A stretch of 64,000 nt of DNA from Dicyema japonicum (GCA_011109175.1 RDEW01000006.1:527281-591280), one strand, 5' to 3'. Shown: positions 42,991-56,580, counted from the stretch's first letter. Notes: a model not told the origin generated them from the sequence alone. Made by a program: numbers and translations.

Positions 42991-43260
42991 GAGGAGGTTG
43001 CACTTGAATGTTGCATAACTTGTCCAAATTCGTTGCAGAAAGGTTAGATCCCCAGACATTATATGCGTATCCTATTGTAGCCTCGATGAACTGTTTGTAT
43101 ATGACATCCAGTCCACTCAGATCTTTTATGTCTCTTAGGTTTCCCAAGAACGCCTTCAGGAAGTTGATTTTCCTCGTACAAGTCAATAACATATTTTCGA
43201 CATGTTTTGTAAAGGTTAAGGTCATTCGTTGATTGTTAAATAAAGTTGAGCATAAATTTG
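42991..43260 (-). mobile_element. I/Nimb-like LINE RT C-terminal fragment
   Basis: 'LTFTKHV..RKINFLKAF..YKQFIEATIGYAYNVWG..NLDKL'. Confidence 0.65.
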
Positions 43261-43349
43261 TTTTCAAAAATATTTATTCAATTACGTCGTAGTGTTAATT
43301 ATATTAAACACTTTTTAGTTAAAATAATGATAACTATTTATACTCGTCA

Positions 43350-43530
43350 ACATAATTTATTCAGCCTCTCACGATACAGACGAAGATCAACAATCACTGA
43401 GTTTCACGGGATGCTTCTGATTTAACCAGACGTCCTAGTCTCTTCAGAAAATTGCCGCTTATGCCTCCAGTTGTTCCAACAACAATTGAGTCAGTTCCAA
43501 TTTCTAGGACCCATTAAGTTATCCATACTA
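43350..43530 (-). mobile_element. CRE-like 3' fragment
   Basis: 'IVVGTTGGISGNFLKRLGRL..ETQ.L..VRG'. Confidence 0.5.
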
Positions 43531-45099
43531 AGAGTATGTTGATCTGAAGTAAATTTATTTGGTTCGTGGTAAAAATTAAAAGCAGTGTTACCTTTCCAGT
43601 AAGCATATATACTAGGACTTTACTTGCACCGATCTTGTATCTTTCCAGATCAGCTATAATGTGTTCTGTCTAATGCTCGAAACAATCTCTCTGACGTTGA
43701 AAGTTCCATAGAAAATAGATTTGAGTGGACGGAATGAGAGTATGACACTCGATAGAAGTCAACCGTATGAGCAGCAATCGTCTCGTATAAATGATTAAAC
43801 AAAAAAACTAACTATTCGTCGAAATTAGCCGTTCTTAACTTTTTTGTTGCGCGTGAGTTATTAGACGATCAGGTTTCGCTGTGAGGTATTCACTGTTTTA
43901 CGGCATCACTCGTCAACCTACGAGGCATCGTAGATGCATGATACCTTCAGGTGGGATTTAAATTAAATTAAAATTATTTCCAAAGACCAAGGGTAACCAA
44001 ACAAACTATCTCCTCGATCCTGACTCGTTCCAGCATTCCAGAACTTGTCCCCAGGGAAAAATTGTTGGATCCTTTTGATGCCGGCCAGGCATTGGGCGCC
44101 TCCTCAGTAGATCCAGTGAGGCGGGATTTACAGGGAGATTTGAACCCGATTAAATAACAGCTATCAAATTTCAAGTATTGTCGTTAAATAGATCATTTTT
44201 ATGATATATAAGACAGTTTACAGCACAACTCAAAAATAATGATTAGGAATATTAAATCAGGGGACAGAAAGGTTACAAAAGTATCACGTCCAGTAAATCG
44301 ACCGAATGAGGGGAAATCTCAGTTTTACTTTAACTTATGATAGAAATGCAATCGACGAATACAACGACAATTTTCTCAATTCATAGTTGTCTTGTATAAT
44401 TTATAAGTTTTTCGTTCCATCAGGGGATAATTCAACCAGCGTAGTGTGGTTTTTAACATTTTAGCAGTTCGTTCGTACAATACGACGTAATCCCAAGAAT
44501 ACCTCAAAAGTAAGGGATTTACTTAGATTTAGCCCAACAAACATCAGCTCCACCAACGCAGAGTCTTCAAAAGAGTATAATATTTGTACTCATTCAGGTG
44601 GGACGACGTCAAATATGACGTTTTGCAGAAAATGTCGAATGTCGAAAATGCTAGGGAACATATGCAAGATACCAAATATGAAATTTATACCAAATTCAGC
44701 AACAATAGGAAAAATAACTTAGTTTCCGAGTACATGTTCAGTTGATATCTAGTATGTACCCCCAAGCGGTATTGTCTGGAAATCGAATCAAAGGCACGGT
44801 ATCTATAAAGCGGCTGATAAATATCAAGAGGACTCCACGAAGGGTTTAACTGGCCATTTCAATGAAGTGTAGTTTTGCGATAAAATTTTAGACTCAACCA
44901 ATTGGAGAACAAAATGTTTTCAAAAACTAATTTTTAGTAATTCCACGGAAAATTCAAAATACCCGGAGAATTTAGTGTTTGTAGTTTACAATTAACAAAA
45001 TAGACAAGCCGGACTCGTGGCTCAGATGAGGCAGAAAATTCTGACGTTTTCTTAGACTTTTTACTCCCAGAAAATCGAATGAGCAGAAAATATCTGCCC

Positions 45100-46290
45100 A
45101 GTATTCCAATCTAAAAGAATGCGATTTATCTGAAAATTCATCCGTGTGGGACTGCGATTATGAGATTAGCTCAAAATACAGTTTCAAACTTTGTTATTTT
45201 TACAGTAGAAGAATCTGAAGGAGGTGAGTTGATATCCCCCATTCTTTCTAATAATCCCACTACGAACGAAGGTTTCTCGATCAATTTTCCCCTCCCAAGC
45301 ATTTGCAAAACTGCTTGAATCAGGGTCAACCAAATCATCGGGACGCGATGGTTTTGCCGAATTCTGCGCACAGGTTGACTATTGTTGAAATTAGCAGGAA
45401 CTGTTTCTACAAGCAAAGTCCTTGGTTTTGGGGTTTTATCGCTTTTTTGCTGTTTTGTCAAATGCTACTAAGTTCAGGGATTTTGTTTTGCGAAAATATC
45501 GAAGAAAACGTGTTCGTCAAACTCAACAGAATATCGGCATTCGTCATGGTTTTTGTATCTCAGCTGATTTGGCACGACTTTATCATTCTAAATGTAAGCA
45601 GAGTTCTTAACTTCCAAGAGACGTTCAATTTATATTTTAAAACTGTTCATGTTTCTCCCCTCGTTGTGATTTCCATCACCCCCGTCATCCAACAGCGTCT
45701 TAACTTCAGTGATGTAAGGATTCCTGGGTAGCCTAGATCCTATATGTTTCAAAATTGTTAGGAACCGTACTCAACATGAGCATCCTGGTCGCTGAAAACG
45801 TGTGCTTCGGTATCCTGGCCTGCGAAATATTCAAAAGTGCATATCTGATCTTCTTTTCCTGTGTTCTTAATGTAACTTGGATTATCATAAATGCCTGGAA
45901 GTGGAGTGAGAACAGTTTGAATGACATAAGCACGTGTTTTGGATCTCGGTTTCCTACTATCTTCATTCTAGGTTATACTGATACAGGTTCTGCAATTTTG
46001 GTGTGGGTATAGAAGCAGGACCTTGTCTCCGGTGTGTTTGGGGTTTATTTCAGGTGACGACTCACTTTTTCATGTTATTCATGATCTGTCTGAGTCCCTT
46101 ATGCTTTGAAATGGCAATTGCGATTGTGGAAAATAAATTGAATCCATACAAATACTACTTGGGGTACTTATACGGTTGGTTCTTGGTCCTAATATTGATG
46201 TTGGCTCTGTTTCAATGTATTTTCGTGAGGTTAGTGTTGTCTTTAATGTTAGACAAATAAATTCTGAAGAAAACGAGTCATGAAATAAAT
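45100..46290 (+). CDS. Unidentified multi-pass membrane protein, multi-exon (5' end uncertain)
   Basis: Three hydrophobic ORFs can be joined in frame by introns GTAAGGATTCCTGGGTAGCCTAG (23 nt) and GTTCTG..GTATAG (26 nt), giving several TM-like segments. Confidence 0.5.
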
Positions 46291-49133
46291 GAATAACTAT
46301 AAACATCTTTATTTATTTAAAAATAAATAAATTATTATTAAAAAATTAACAAAAAATAAAAATTCGTATTGATTCAGTTATTTTATTCTGTTATTACCAA
46401 ATTAGTTTTGATAGGCGCGGATTTCTGTGTTTCTGTAAAGAACCAGGAAACCCATTGGGTGACGCGATTTCTCGAGCAGAGGAACATCGATCGGTCCTAA
46501 AGAAGGACGCCTAAGTTCCTTTGTAAGAATTTGCAGAGACTCTAGCTGTGGAATTGGAAGACCATGCAAGGAGCATCCGGGAATTAATGGACGCTGGGAT
46601 CACTTAATTATGTTTTAACATTTTTTTGGTGATTTGGGTTTCTCAAATAATAATTTGAGATGAGGAAACAAGAACACCAACAAGCTCGGTTGCTATTACC
46701 TTTTTCCAAGGGTTATGCTTAAATAATAAAAGATCTACCAAAAATACAAATTTAGGCTGGAAAATAGATATTCTCAATACCTTCCCTGCAAAGGCTGAGT
46801 TCCCATATTATTGACACCAATTCTTGAATTTTTGAATCCTTTAAACTCATCATCTTGGAAAAGGTAGAAATAATTTTCATTTACGTTAATAATCCAACTA
46901 ATCTTCTACTTAATTTTCAGTTCTGGACTTTTAGATGCTAGGATGCACTTCTATTAATTCAGTTAGTTGCCAGTGCGGCCACGAGGAGGAACACCGAGCC
47001 AGTAGGAGGACTTCGATTGGAACTCATTGGGATCACATGATAGTTAATTTGGGTTCTACCGCTGTCTTGGGATATTATGCAGACTTGTACAGTTCCTCAA
47101 ATTTGGGGATAGACGAGGTTCAATAGCCAGCAACGCTCGTGGAGATACCCCTTTAACCGTCCGACCAATAAATATGTAAATTTATTTAAGAAACAATCAT
47201 CCTAGGGTCATACGGAAGTCGTCTTGACTGCATGGCTATTCCCTTTCAGGATTGGGAACTCAAATAGTCAGCAGCGCTCGCGGAGATCCCCAGTGCGCTT
47301 AGAAATCCGATTCCCTGGAAGACCCAAGAATTCATGCTTCTAGGGGCCATGGGAACAGGATGTTTCAACTGCAAGTGGAACAACAATTAACTTGACCACG
47401 TGGTGTCATACTTGGTTGAAGATTTCTCCTCCTTCCTTAGTTTCGTCTTAAGAGACGCCCAATGCATAATCGTCATCAAAAAGATTCATCTCTTCATTCC
47501 ATCGGGAGACTATTTCACTGGCTTCGACCTCAGCTCCCGGACAGTGTTCTCTGGATCACTACGCTCGGATGAGAGCTTTATGGAACGCGTCAGGATCACT
47601 GGATTGGTTAGTTTGGTTTACCCCTGGTTCTTTGAATAATTTTATTTCATGGTAGCGTAACTCACAATTTTTTCACCACACAATTTAACGTTAATTAATA
47701 AAATTCTGTCATTTGAAACAAATTCAATACATTGTAACTGAATAATCACAAAAATGTCATTTACACATCATTGTGTGAAAGACGGTCTCTTCTGTCACGG
47801 AGATCACTCCCATGTGTTCCTAAACCCCAATTTGATCTTAAAAAATATAATTTATACTTTATTTACATTATCGATTTCGACCTCTTTTATCTTGGGGACA
47901 AACTCTTGTGGTCATTGGTTTAATATCAAAAAATCCTCTATATTGCAGACATACACACAAATTTAATATTTTATAGATGACATTCTCCTAAAAAGACATC
48001 TTCATCTACGGGGACGACGTCATAATCACTTCAAGAAACACATGTCCTTTTTTGCCGGAAGCCGGGTATACTAGCCGAGTGAACTACCAGTTTTCCTATT
48101 TAGTCAGCAAACAGTCAGCTCTTTACCTCGGACAACACAAAAGCTATGTGCATATACGAGATTTGGGTATCTCCATTCGATATACAATGTCTGAGAATCT
48201 ACAAAAGAAAATAGACAAGTTATCATTAACATTTACAATAATGGTTTTCAAACATTTATCTGAAAATCTTGATGTACCACTAAAACAGTCTCTCGGATCA
48301 TAGTGGAATTCAAAAAATATATAAAAATTTCGAACAAACCTAAAGGAGATGCAAAAAACTATCTGACTTCATAAGAGAAAGAGTGAATGAAGAATGCGCT
48401 ATTTCTTGTTCGAGACGAGACTCGATCAGTTATAAGACTCTTTATTTTTATTTAATTTATTTTTTTAATAAAATAAATTAGAAGACCCAACGACTGCTTT
48501 GTCAAAATGTAAGCCATACGCTGGTGGCGCAGTGCAAAGAGTTCCTGGCAGAAGCCCTGATGGCCTCTAGTTGGAATCTCGTACGTTCCGGCTGAAGATT
48601 CCTCGCATCTATGATGCTTTGGTTTAACGAGTGACGCCATCATCACTGTATATCTCACTGCCGAAACAGATCGTCTACAAAAGGACTCACACCCAACATA
48701 AAGAAAATAGAAGTGAAGAGCATTCCTTGGTTCTCCCTCTACGATTAGTTATCATAACTGTTCTTAAAGTGAGTGTCCTGTCTGGGAGGAGATATAGCTA
48801 ATAAAGCTGTGCAAAGTGCAGTATTAGTAAGCCATACGCTGGTTGTGCGATAATCTTTGTTAGAGACGAAAACCCGTATAAATTGAAGATTATTTTCTAA
48901 AAGATTTATTAAATCTCCGTGTAAACGAAGATGAAAAATCAGCTCAATCCGACGAAAAACCTCCGTTTTCTTCTTTTGTATGAGAGTTCTTCACAAGCCT
49001 TTCTCCTTCCAGAAGATTCCACCAGAATACGTTTCTGCAAAGAAAGAGGAAATCCATTTAATAGTCAGATCATTCATGTGGAGGAATCCTGATCAGCCAC
49101 GAAGGACCCCTCGATCACATTTCTCTGCTAATA

Positions 49134-49985
49134 CAGTCGAACCCCGGGGTGGGGCATCAAAGTGCCCAAAAAGCGGGGGTGCCCTCCAAAACCGGGGTTT
49201 GGTTCAAACTATTGATTTATGGTTGATTTAACTTAAATTTTTGTTTACTTTGCGAAAAAGGAACTTCTTCACTTCTTTCAAAGTGTTTATAAAATAAGTT
49301 GTGATTTTTTGCTCTATAGTTTGATAGATTTTTATTCTATGTTTTTTATTCGATTTTTATTAATTAACAAATCATTATTTTTAAAGCATTTTTTGAAATA
49401 ATCAGTCAATTTCAAATTTTTTTATTTCTTAGATTTTTTCCAAGTTGAAATCTTTTTCCAACATAATATTTTTGTAATGTCTCAAAAGATGTATTTTGAG
49501 CTACATTTTCTAACTTGTCCATCATTTCATAAGTTTCTGATATCGTTGTTTTATCCTCTGTGTCAACTCCATTATAAAACTCGCAATTCTTGACTAGATC
49601 TTCGTTTTCTTCAGATATTACTTCAGGTTTAGACAAATTATCGAATTGAAAGAAAAAATTTGCTAAATTACTTTTATCTGCTGAATTTTTTTCACCACAA
49701 ATGGCTTTAAAAACCAGATCATGTCTCTTCTTTAATCTGTCTCACCAACCGTTTGAGGCTTTAAAAGATGTTGAATAATTCAATTTTGTCGATATTTTTT
49801 TCGCGATGTAATAAAAATATTAAAATAAATTAGTAAAGTGCCCCATACTGGGGTTTTAATAATTTCCAAATTTGGAAATTATTAATGGAAAATGTACTAG
49901 AAAATAAAATCGCCCCAAAAAGCGAGGGTGCCCCAAAATCGAGGGTGCCCCAAGGCGGGGGTTTTATTGGGGCGGGGTTCGACTG
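49134..49985 (-). mobile_element. Internally deleted pogo/Tigger element with TIRs and TA TSD
   Basis: TA|CAGTCGAACCCCG ... CGGGGTTCGACTG|TA; internal 'FKASNGW*DRLKKRHDLVFKAICGE' is a CENP-B-type HTH. Confidence 0.9.
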
Positions 49986-49999
49986 TACTTGCTAAGACA

Positions 50000-50640
50000 A
50001 TAGTGGGATGCCACTGAACATCAACAACAGCGAGGAGGTACTCATTTAAGTGCCTGTTGGACGAGGACAGGGAAAACTAATATCAAATTCGGAAGAATAG
50101 GCTTGAGTACTCCATCCTCTGATACCTGTCTACCTGCATTCACAAGTTCGAGTATATATACGACCTGCCTTGGCCTCGGACTTGATACTTGGTACCGTCA
50201 TCCAACGTTGAGCTGAAAACAGATTAGATACTTCAAAAGGGATCTATCAACAATCGCTGAGTGATGCTTCAAGTTCTCATCAACGAAAAACTCTATGTTG
50301 CAGATGAGCACCTATCACTTTTATTACTTGGAACTCGTCTAGACAATGTAAGTATCTGATTAGGAGTAACCGAACGACTTTGAGGGGATGTTTGTCCCCA
50401 ACATCGTTGCCGATTTAAGGAACTGTCGATATGAAGAGATTACTATTTCTCCTATTGAAGTGTAATGGGAATAAATTACCTTGTTGTGCGCGCTATGTTG
50501 AAAGCAATTGTCAAAAAGAGCTATCAGAGACGAAGGCTGCACTTGTCTACTCAGACGTGTCGGACTGAAAGAGGCCAGATAGTGTCACCACGATGCTAGA
50601 GAGCAGAAGGAAGTGTCCCGCTCGAGATTCTTCATACCTT
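50000..50640 (+). mobile_element. Decayed CRE-like fragment
   Basis: 'IKFGRIGL..DTCLPAFTSS' and 'KRPDSVT'. Confidence 0.45.
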
Positions 50641-50769
50641 TTCTTGTGAGTTATAAAAGTTATTTATTTTAATCTATTATTTAAGTAATATTTTTAATTA
50701 AATCCACTTTATTTAACCGACGAAAAAGTTAATATTTAACAATCAACAACTTTCCTCGCCTGCTTGTTT

Positions 50770-51200
50770 GCTTGCCTCCTCAAGAAGGTTGGATTCTGGT
50801 TGCTGAAACAACTTCGAGAGCGCCTTGTCGAATTGAACCCACTGTCGATATGGCATCTCTATGCTCTACCTCCTCTACTCCAGTGTACGGCTCTCTAGGG
50901 TCCGCTTTAATACAGTGGACTGTAGATATGTCTGGAGCTTCCTATCTACCCCCAACTGTTTTAGATAACCCCTGTGGTACTTTGTTGCAATTCCTTCCCA
51001 CGTCATTACTATTGGAATAACGAGGACCTTGCAACCAAGCATCTGCCCCATCTCGTTTGCAAACGAGTCATACTTCCTTTTTTTTCTCCACCTCCACAGT
51101 CTGCAAACAGTCTTGAGACGTAATGCCAACTTCTATGATAAGGACTTGGCTAGTCTCCTTATCGTGCACCACAATTCCCGGCTTATTGTGCTTGACTAGT
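50770..51200 (-). mobile_element. R4/Dong-like 3' fragment
   Basis: 'KRKYDSFANEMGQMLGCKVLVIPIVMTWEGIATKYH..LQSTVLKRTLES'. Confidence 0.8.
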
Positions 51201-51229
51201 CAGTTAGTTAAGAGCACTTTCGCGTACCC

Positions 51230-52400
51230 CTAAAAGGCTTTCGCTTGAGCCATGCTTAGCAGCCATCCTCCTCTCCATCCTCACCCACGCCATCTTGTTT
51301 CTGGCCGTCATTCGAACATCGTTCAGATTATCTGCTGTCACCGATTTACACCAATTGTTTTGTAATCATCTTTTAAGCAAATTGGAAGTGTATTTCTTGG
51401 TCTGCCTCGAAATCCGTGACTTCCAGCGCAGTAGAAATATTTTTTCATTATTTTGTTACACGGCGTAGTAGGGTCCAGTCTAAGAATATGTTTGAAGTAT
51501 TTGGTAGCCAGAATTTCCTTCGACAGTTATCCTCGACGTCTCCTAGTAGTGAGCCGAGGATATTTGTATGTCTCCAGCATTCATCATTTGTGATTTGGCT
51601 CATTCATTTCGTGTATAATCAGTTTTTAATGTTTATGCGCAGATCCCACTTATTTTATGCGCAGTCTTCGTATTTGGGACCCATATACTTCTTCAGCTCC
51701 CTGAGGATAGCTTCGAGGTATATGATGAATAGAATTGGCGATGAGGAATCTCCTAAATGTCCACGTGGGTACTGAAACTCTTTGAATGTTTAGTTCCTAT
51801 TCTAGCCAATAGGTCAGTATCAGAAAGTAAACTTAGTCTCAGGCAGTCCTCGTCAACAGTTCCTTTAGGATACTCATGAGTTTTTCTCTGTTGATGCTGT
51901 AAAAAGCATTCGCTATATCCTAGGACGTAGATCACTTTCGTATATTTCTGACATATTGATGCAAACCATAGATGACTCCACACGATATCTGAGGTAGACC
52001 TTCCACTTATAAACCCACTTTGACTTTGGGAAATGTATTTTTCCACTGGCTCTCGTATACGGTTGAGCAATATGATCGATAATGTCTTCCTGATAGTTGA
52101 CAGTAAAATAACAGGCCTTAATCTATCCGGTGATCCCTCTCTTTCCCCAGGTTTGTGTATCGGAATTAAGATTCCATGTCCTAATGGAAGTGAGCAGTGA
52201 AGTTCCATAGACTCGTTTAATATATCCGTGATTATATTTTCAACAATAATCGGACCATGTTTTAGTAACTCCCTCGGGATGCCATCATAGTCAGCTGAAT
52301 AATGCCTTTTAGGTATATGACTGCATTTGTTACTTCTTTTATTGTAATTTTGTCACCAAGAGGTCTTGGATTTCCAATCAATTGACTAGGATCGAGATTC
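51230..52400 (-). mobile_element. Degenerate, internally deleted RTE-like LINE
   Basis: 'GILIPIHKPG..LRPVILLSTIRK..SQSGFISGRSTSDIVW', plus a 3' end resembling the other RTE copies. Confidence 0.75.
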
Positions 52401-52484
52401 GGATAACACTTTATATAATATTTATATTATTTGATTATAAATTATTTGATTAAAATTATATTATTAATTTAATAATATTATTCC

Positions 52485-55110
52485 ATGCTGCGCATTTTAA
52501 ACATGCCGACTGGGACAACTTTTTTCAAAAGACATCATTCTTCGATGCTGGGACAAAAGTGGTTAACCAACACGCAAGGTTCTTCTGGGACGAAAACCTC
52601 GCTGAAATCAAACTTATTCAGAATTCAAAAGCAAAAAAATTGGAAATTATTCCACTATGGTGTCGCCTTCAATCCTGATGTCCTCACAAAGGGGGAGAAG
52701 TTGGGTCTGATTGCCGATGTAATGGGAAAGGAGGATGCTTTCTATCACTATAATGGGTCACAGACCTTATTCACCGTTAACAACGTTAAAACCGTTCTTT
52801 TTGATTATAACTTTTCAGAATTCACTAAATACTCAAGTTCCCACCTCAAATGTCAATGTGAAGGTTTCAATCGACCTCGCGGAAGAGCTTCATTTCACTT
52901 CCTTCACTTCTATGAAGTTCTTAAATGTTCTTTTCAATCGGTTTGCCCAGTTGGTGATTTAAGGATGTTTTTCCGCGAAAAATTCTTGCGGATTCAAAAC
53001 GACTTCTTTGACCCCGACTCTTCCGTGAACATGAATTCTATGGAGTAACTCTTTGTTTCATTCAGTATCCGAATTCTCCGTGGGCTGAGAAAGTCTCTTA
53101 TCAAAGGAAACAACGACGAACTATTTCTTTCCATAGCCAGAAAGAACAAATTGATCTCCCGTTCGAACGTCTATGACTGCATCGAATCCTTCATCAAGAA
53201 GAACAGTGTCTCTGAAATCGAGGACTTTGTAATAGACAAAAGAGTCATAACTGGGTTGTAAGCTGACCTTATTCTTAGATACAACCACCGATCCTACAAA
53301 ATTATAGCCGTCGACTTCAATTCCTCCCCCCAGACCCTGAGTTTTAGTGAAAATGGTCTCAACTGTATTGACTACTACAGATCAGTTTATTGAATTTAAA
53401 CATCTCAGAAATATGGCTTAGAAATTCAGCACAAGGGTCAGCCTCTTTTAGTTGGGCAGTCACACCCTGATAGTGAGTCAGTGCATTTGGTCCCCGAGTT
53501 CTGTTACGTCTCAGGTGAGGATTTGTCATAATTTGAAGGACTTTCTCCGGAAATGCTGAAGAGGAATGATTTTATGAAGGAGATGAGAGGTCTCGTGAAT
53601 CTGGAACCTTCTAATCTTGTGAAGGTTCTGCGGGATTTTATAGACGATATTTCATCGAATGAGGAGACTGTAGAAGATCTGGACAAATGGGCAGTTGGGA
53701 TCGATAAAAAACTGGTGGACGTTCCTTCTCGAATTCTCACACCACCAAACATTAGTTCTAACAAAAATATGGTCAAGCGGGGGAAGTGGTATTAGTGTGT
53801 TAACTATCAGACTGATAACCCCCTCACGTGGAGTACCGAGTTGGGGAAGACCAAGTTCCACCACGTAGAGGCTATTAAGAAAATTACAGTGGTAGCTCCC
53901 AAATATATGAAAAATGATATCGCATTCATGACTGAAAAGCTGAATCAGAGTATATCCTACTGGGAGGGATATGTCGGACAAATAGAGAGGTTGTGTGAAT
54001 ATTGTTAGGGTAGTGTGTTTTACAATAAGAATGATGCTCGTGAAATTGGGGGTGTTTTGAAAGACTGTGGAAACACTGATTTAATCGTGACTTTGATTCC
54101 CGCTACGTATTACAACATGTTAAAGCAAATATCATGTTCTACACTGGGAGGTATAATTTGTGTAAATTTGAGTACCCTCCCAATTTATAAGACCGAGTTT
54201 CCTAAAGTTTATTAATTATCACAAATTATGCGACTTTTATTATCGCAGACTTGCCATCCAAATAATGGCCAAGTCGGGGACTGTTCCTTGGAAGATTTCC
54301 CTTGACAATGATCTGAGAAATGTATTTGTATTCCCACATTTAAGGTTGCTGAGGACACAATGTTTGTCGGTTTTTATAATTACATGAAACCGGCTGGACG
54401 AGGAGCTCTCAGTGCCATGGTGTCCACCACTAATCGAGATTTCACACAATATAAGAACGACTGTTTGTTTTTCAAGAATTCTGTGAATTCCATGAATGTC
54501 GTGGACCGTATTAAATGTTGGTTTGAGTTTTTATCCCAGCCGCTTTGGAGGTTTGGAAGCAAACGAATCGGGGGATGCCCAAGAATATAATCGTGTATCA
54601 TCTGGGGAACAGGAACATGGATGTCACCGTGAAGAACTGTGAGGAAATGGTGAAATATGTGGACGGGAATATTAATGTGCAGTACAATGTTGTGAAGAGG
54701 TGCCTTGATTTGCGACTAATGAGGTTGACCTCGTCTTCATATGTAAACCCCAACCCAGGGACTGTCGTTGATGATGTGATTACTCAGCGAAACTAGTATT
54801 TTTGATTGTTTAGTTGATAAGCTTTGATTACTATCTGATTTCGAGTCTTCCTATCCAGGGGAGTGTGACCCAGCCTATGTACTTTCAAGTGATCCATGAT
54901 GACACCAAACTGGGACCTGATATTTCTCAGAGGTTGTCGTATTCCTTGTCATACGGATACTATAATACTTCAGTTTGTGATAGTATTTATGTGTAGAGGG
55001 CGTTCTGTATGCCAGCTCCCTGCCAGTATGCCCAGAAATTGGCGGCTATGTCTTCTCTTTTGAATGATAATATCCATGAGAAACTTAGTTACAAGTTTTT
55101 CTATTTGTGA
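52485..55110 (+). CDS. Piwi-clade Argonaute protein, multi-exon, catalytic residues substituted
   Basis: GSSG..KSNLFRI; PAZ 'YNHRSYKI..DF..P..DYYRSKYGLEI..QPLL..LVPEFCYVSG'; MID 'VPSQ..LAIQIMAKSG.VPW'; PIWI 'NPNPGTVVD..T', 'QRLSYSLSYGYYN' and 'PAPCQYA.KLA..FFYL*'. Many 19-25 nt introns. Confidence 0.88.
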
Positions 55111-55189
55111 TTATTGTCTTGTAATTACTTTTTTATTTTGATACTTTGATTTTAGTGATTTTGTTGTGATCAGTAGTAAAACTAATAAC

Positions 55190-56580
55190 TAGGGCAAGTT
55201 GTTTCTAGCAGTTAAAAAAATATTTTTAGCGCTAAAAAATCACAAAATCTAGCAATTATAAAAATTAGCACTTAAAATGATAAAATCTAGCATTTAAAAT
55301 TGTAAAATCTATAACTTAAAATAATAAAATATAACATTTAAATTTTATTTATTGTAATATAATAAAAGGTAATGCTTGATATTGTCTGGATGGAAGTTCC
55401 TATCCTTTTTTAAAATATTTTTTAGCATTTTAATAGCTCTTTCAACAGATGCAGAGGATGCCTGACAGCGTGTAAGAGAAAAATAATCTTGTTGGCTAAT
55501 TTTTGGTTCAGTCATTTCAATAATAGGTTTAAATCCATTTGCCTCCATTCTTTTATTTATATAATTTTTGATATTTGCCTTGTCATTATCAAAATGTAGT
55601 CCTTGTATATCATAATATGCCCGATTGATTGAGTAGTCACGACACTCCGAAAGTTTAAGAAGATCTACTATTTGCGAATAATTTAATATGATTTCCGTTA
55701 ATTGAAACTTAATATCCGGATTGTTGACATGATGTTTAGCATTTGATACTAAAACTCCATCTGACTGAAATGCGTTAACAATTTCAAAATTCATGAAATA
55801 ATATTTCACTGCTTGAAACCAACTTCCACATCTGCATAAATTAAGCAAAAGAATACCTAGTAACTACCACATCAGGTGGGTATCCAACATCCTTGAACAA
55901 ATTACTACGTTTTCGGTTTCTTACTGTAGCAGCTTTAATGCTTGCAATTAAGCCATCTATTTCCGGATATGCACACTTTATACGTAAAATCGTATTGTGT
56001 AACAAATGAGAAACACACGTCACATGATGCTTGTTGTTATGACCATTAATGTTTTACCACCTATTTATTTAAATAAATTTATATCACCAGAAATCATATA
56101 GGGGCATCTGAAATTAGTAGATAAAAATTGTCACGAATAATCTTCATTTCTCTAATGACGTCATCTATTAATTGGCAGATGATAGCAGCAGTGGCATGAT
56201 TTTCCAGTGTTTTGCATTCAACCAAATAGGATTTTGTTGGAAAGCGAATGCTCCCAATTAGAATCACTACAAAACTTTTCCTTCGGATATCTGTTTCATC
56301 AATTATTATAAAAATCTTTTCGTTTCTAAAAGTTAAAAATAAATTTTAATACGTTAATAATTTTGTCAACTCATTTATCTTTTTTTCTGCAAGAAACTTG
56401 ACCGTAGTTCTGCATGAAAATTCGGACGGAATGTTAATTTTAAATGTTTTAAACATTTTTTTGATCGAATCGTTATTTAATTTGTACAGCGGGATGTTTG
56501 CTTGTACAAAAGCTTCCGTGATCGTTTCATTAACCGAATCTACTTGGATTGATTCAGTTAATGTTGTTTGAACTGAATTA
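55190..56580 (-). mobile_element. Degenerate hAT-like transposase with one terminus
   Basis: 'FVQANIPLYKL', 'TCVSHLLHN', 'VVTR..GSW..A..YY', dimerisation motif 'ASSASVER..MLK.IL..DRNF'; TAGGGC terminus at 55190. Confidence 0.8.

Noticed and set aside
48054-48075. GCCGGAAGCCGGGTATACTAG as a Helitron 3' end
   Set aside because: There is no clear hairpin, no matching 5' TC end and no Rep/helicase relic.
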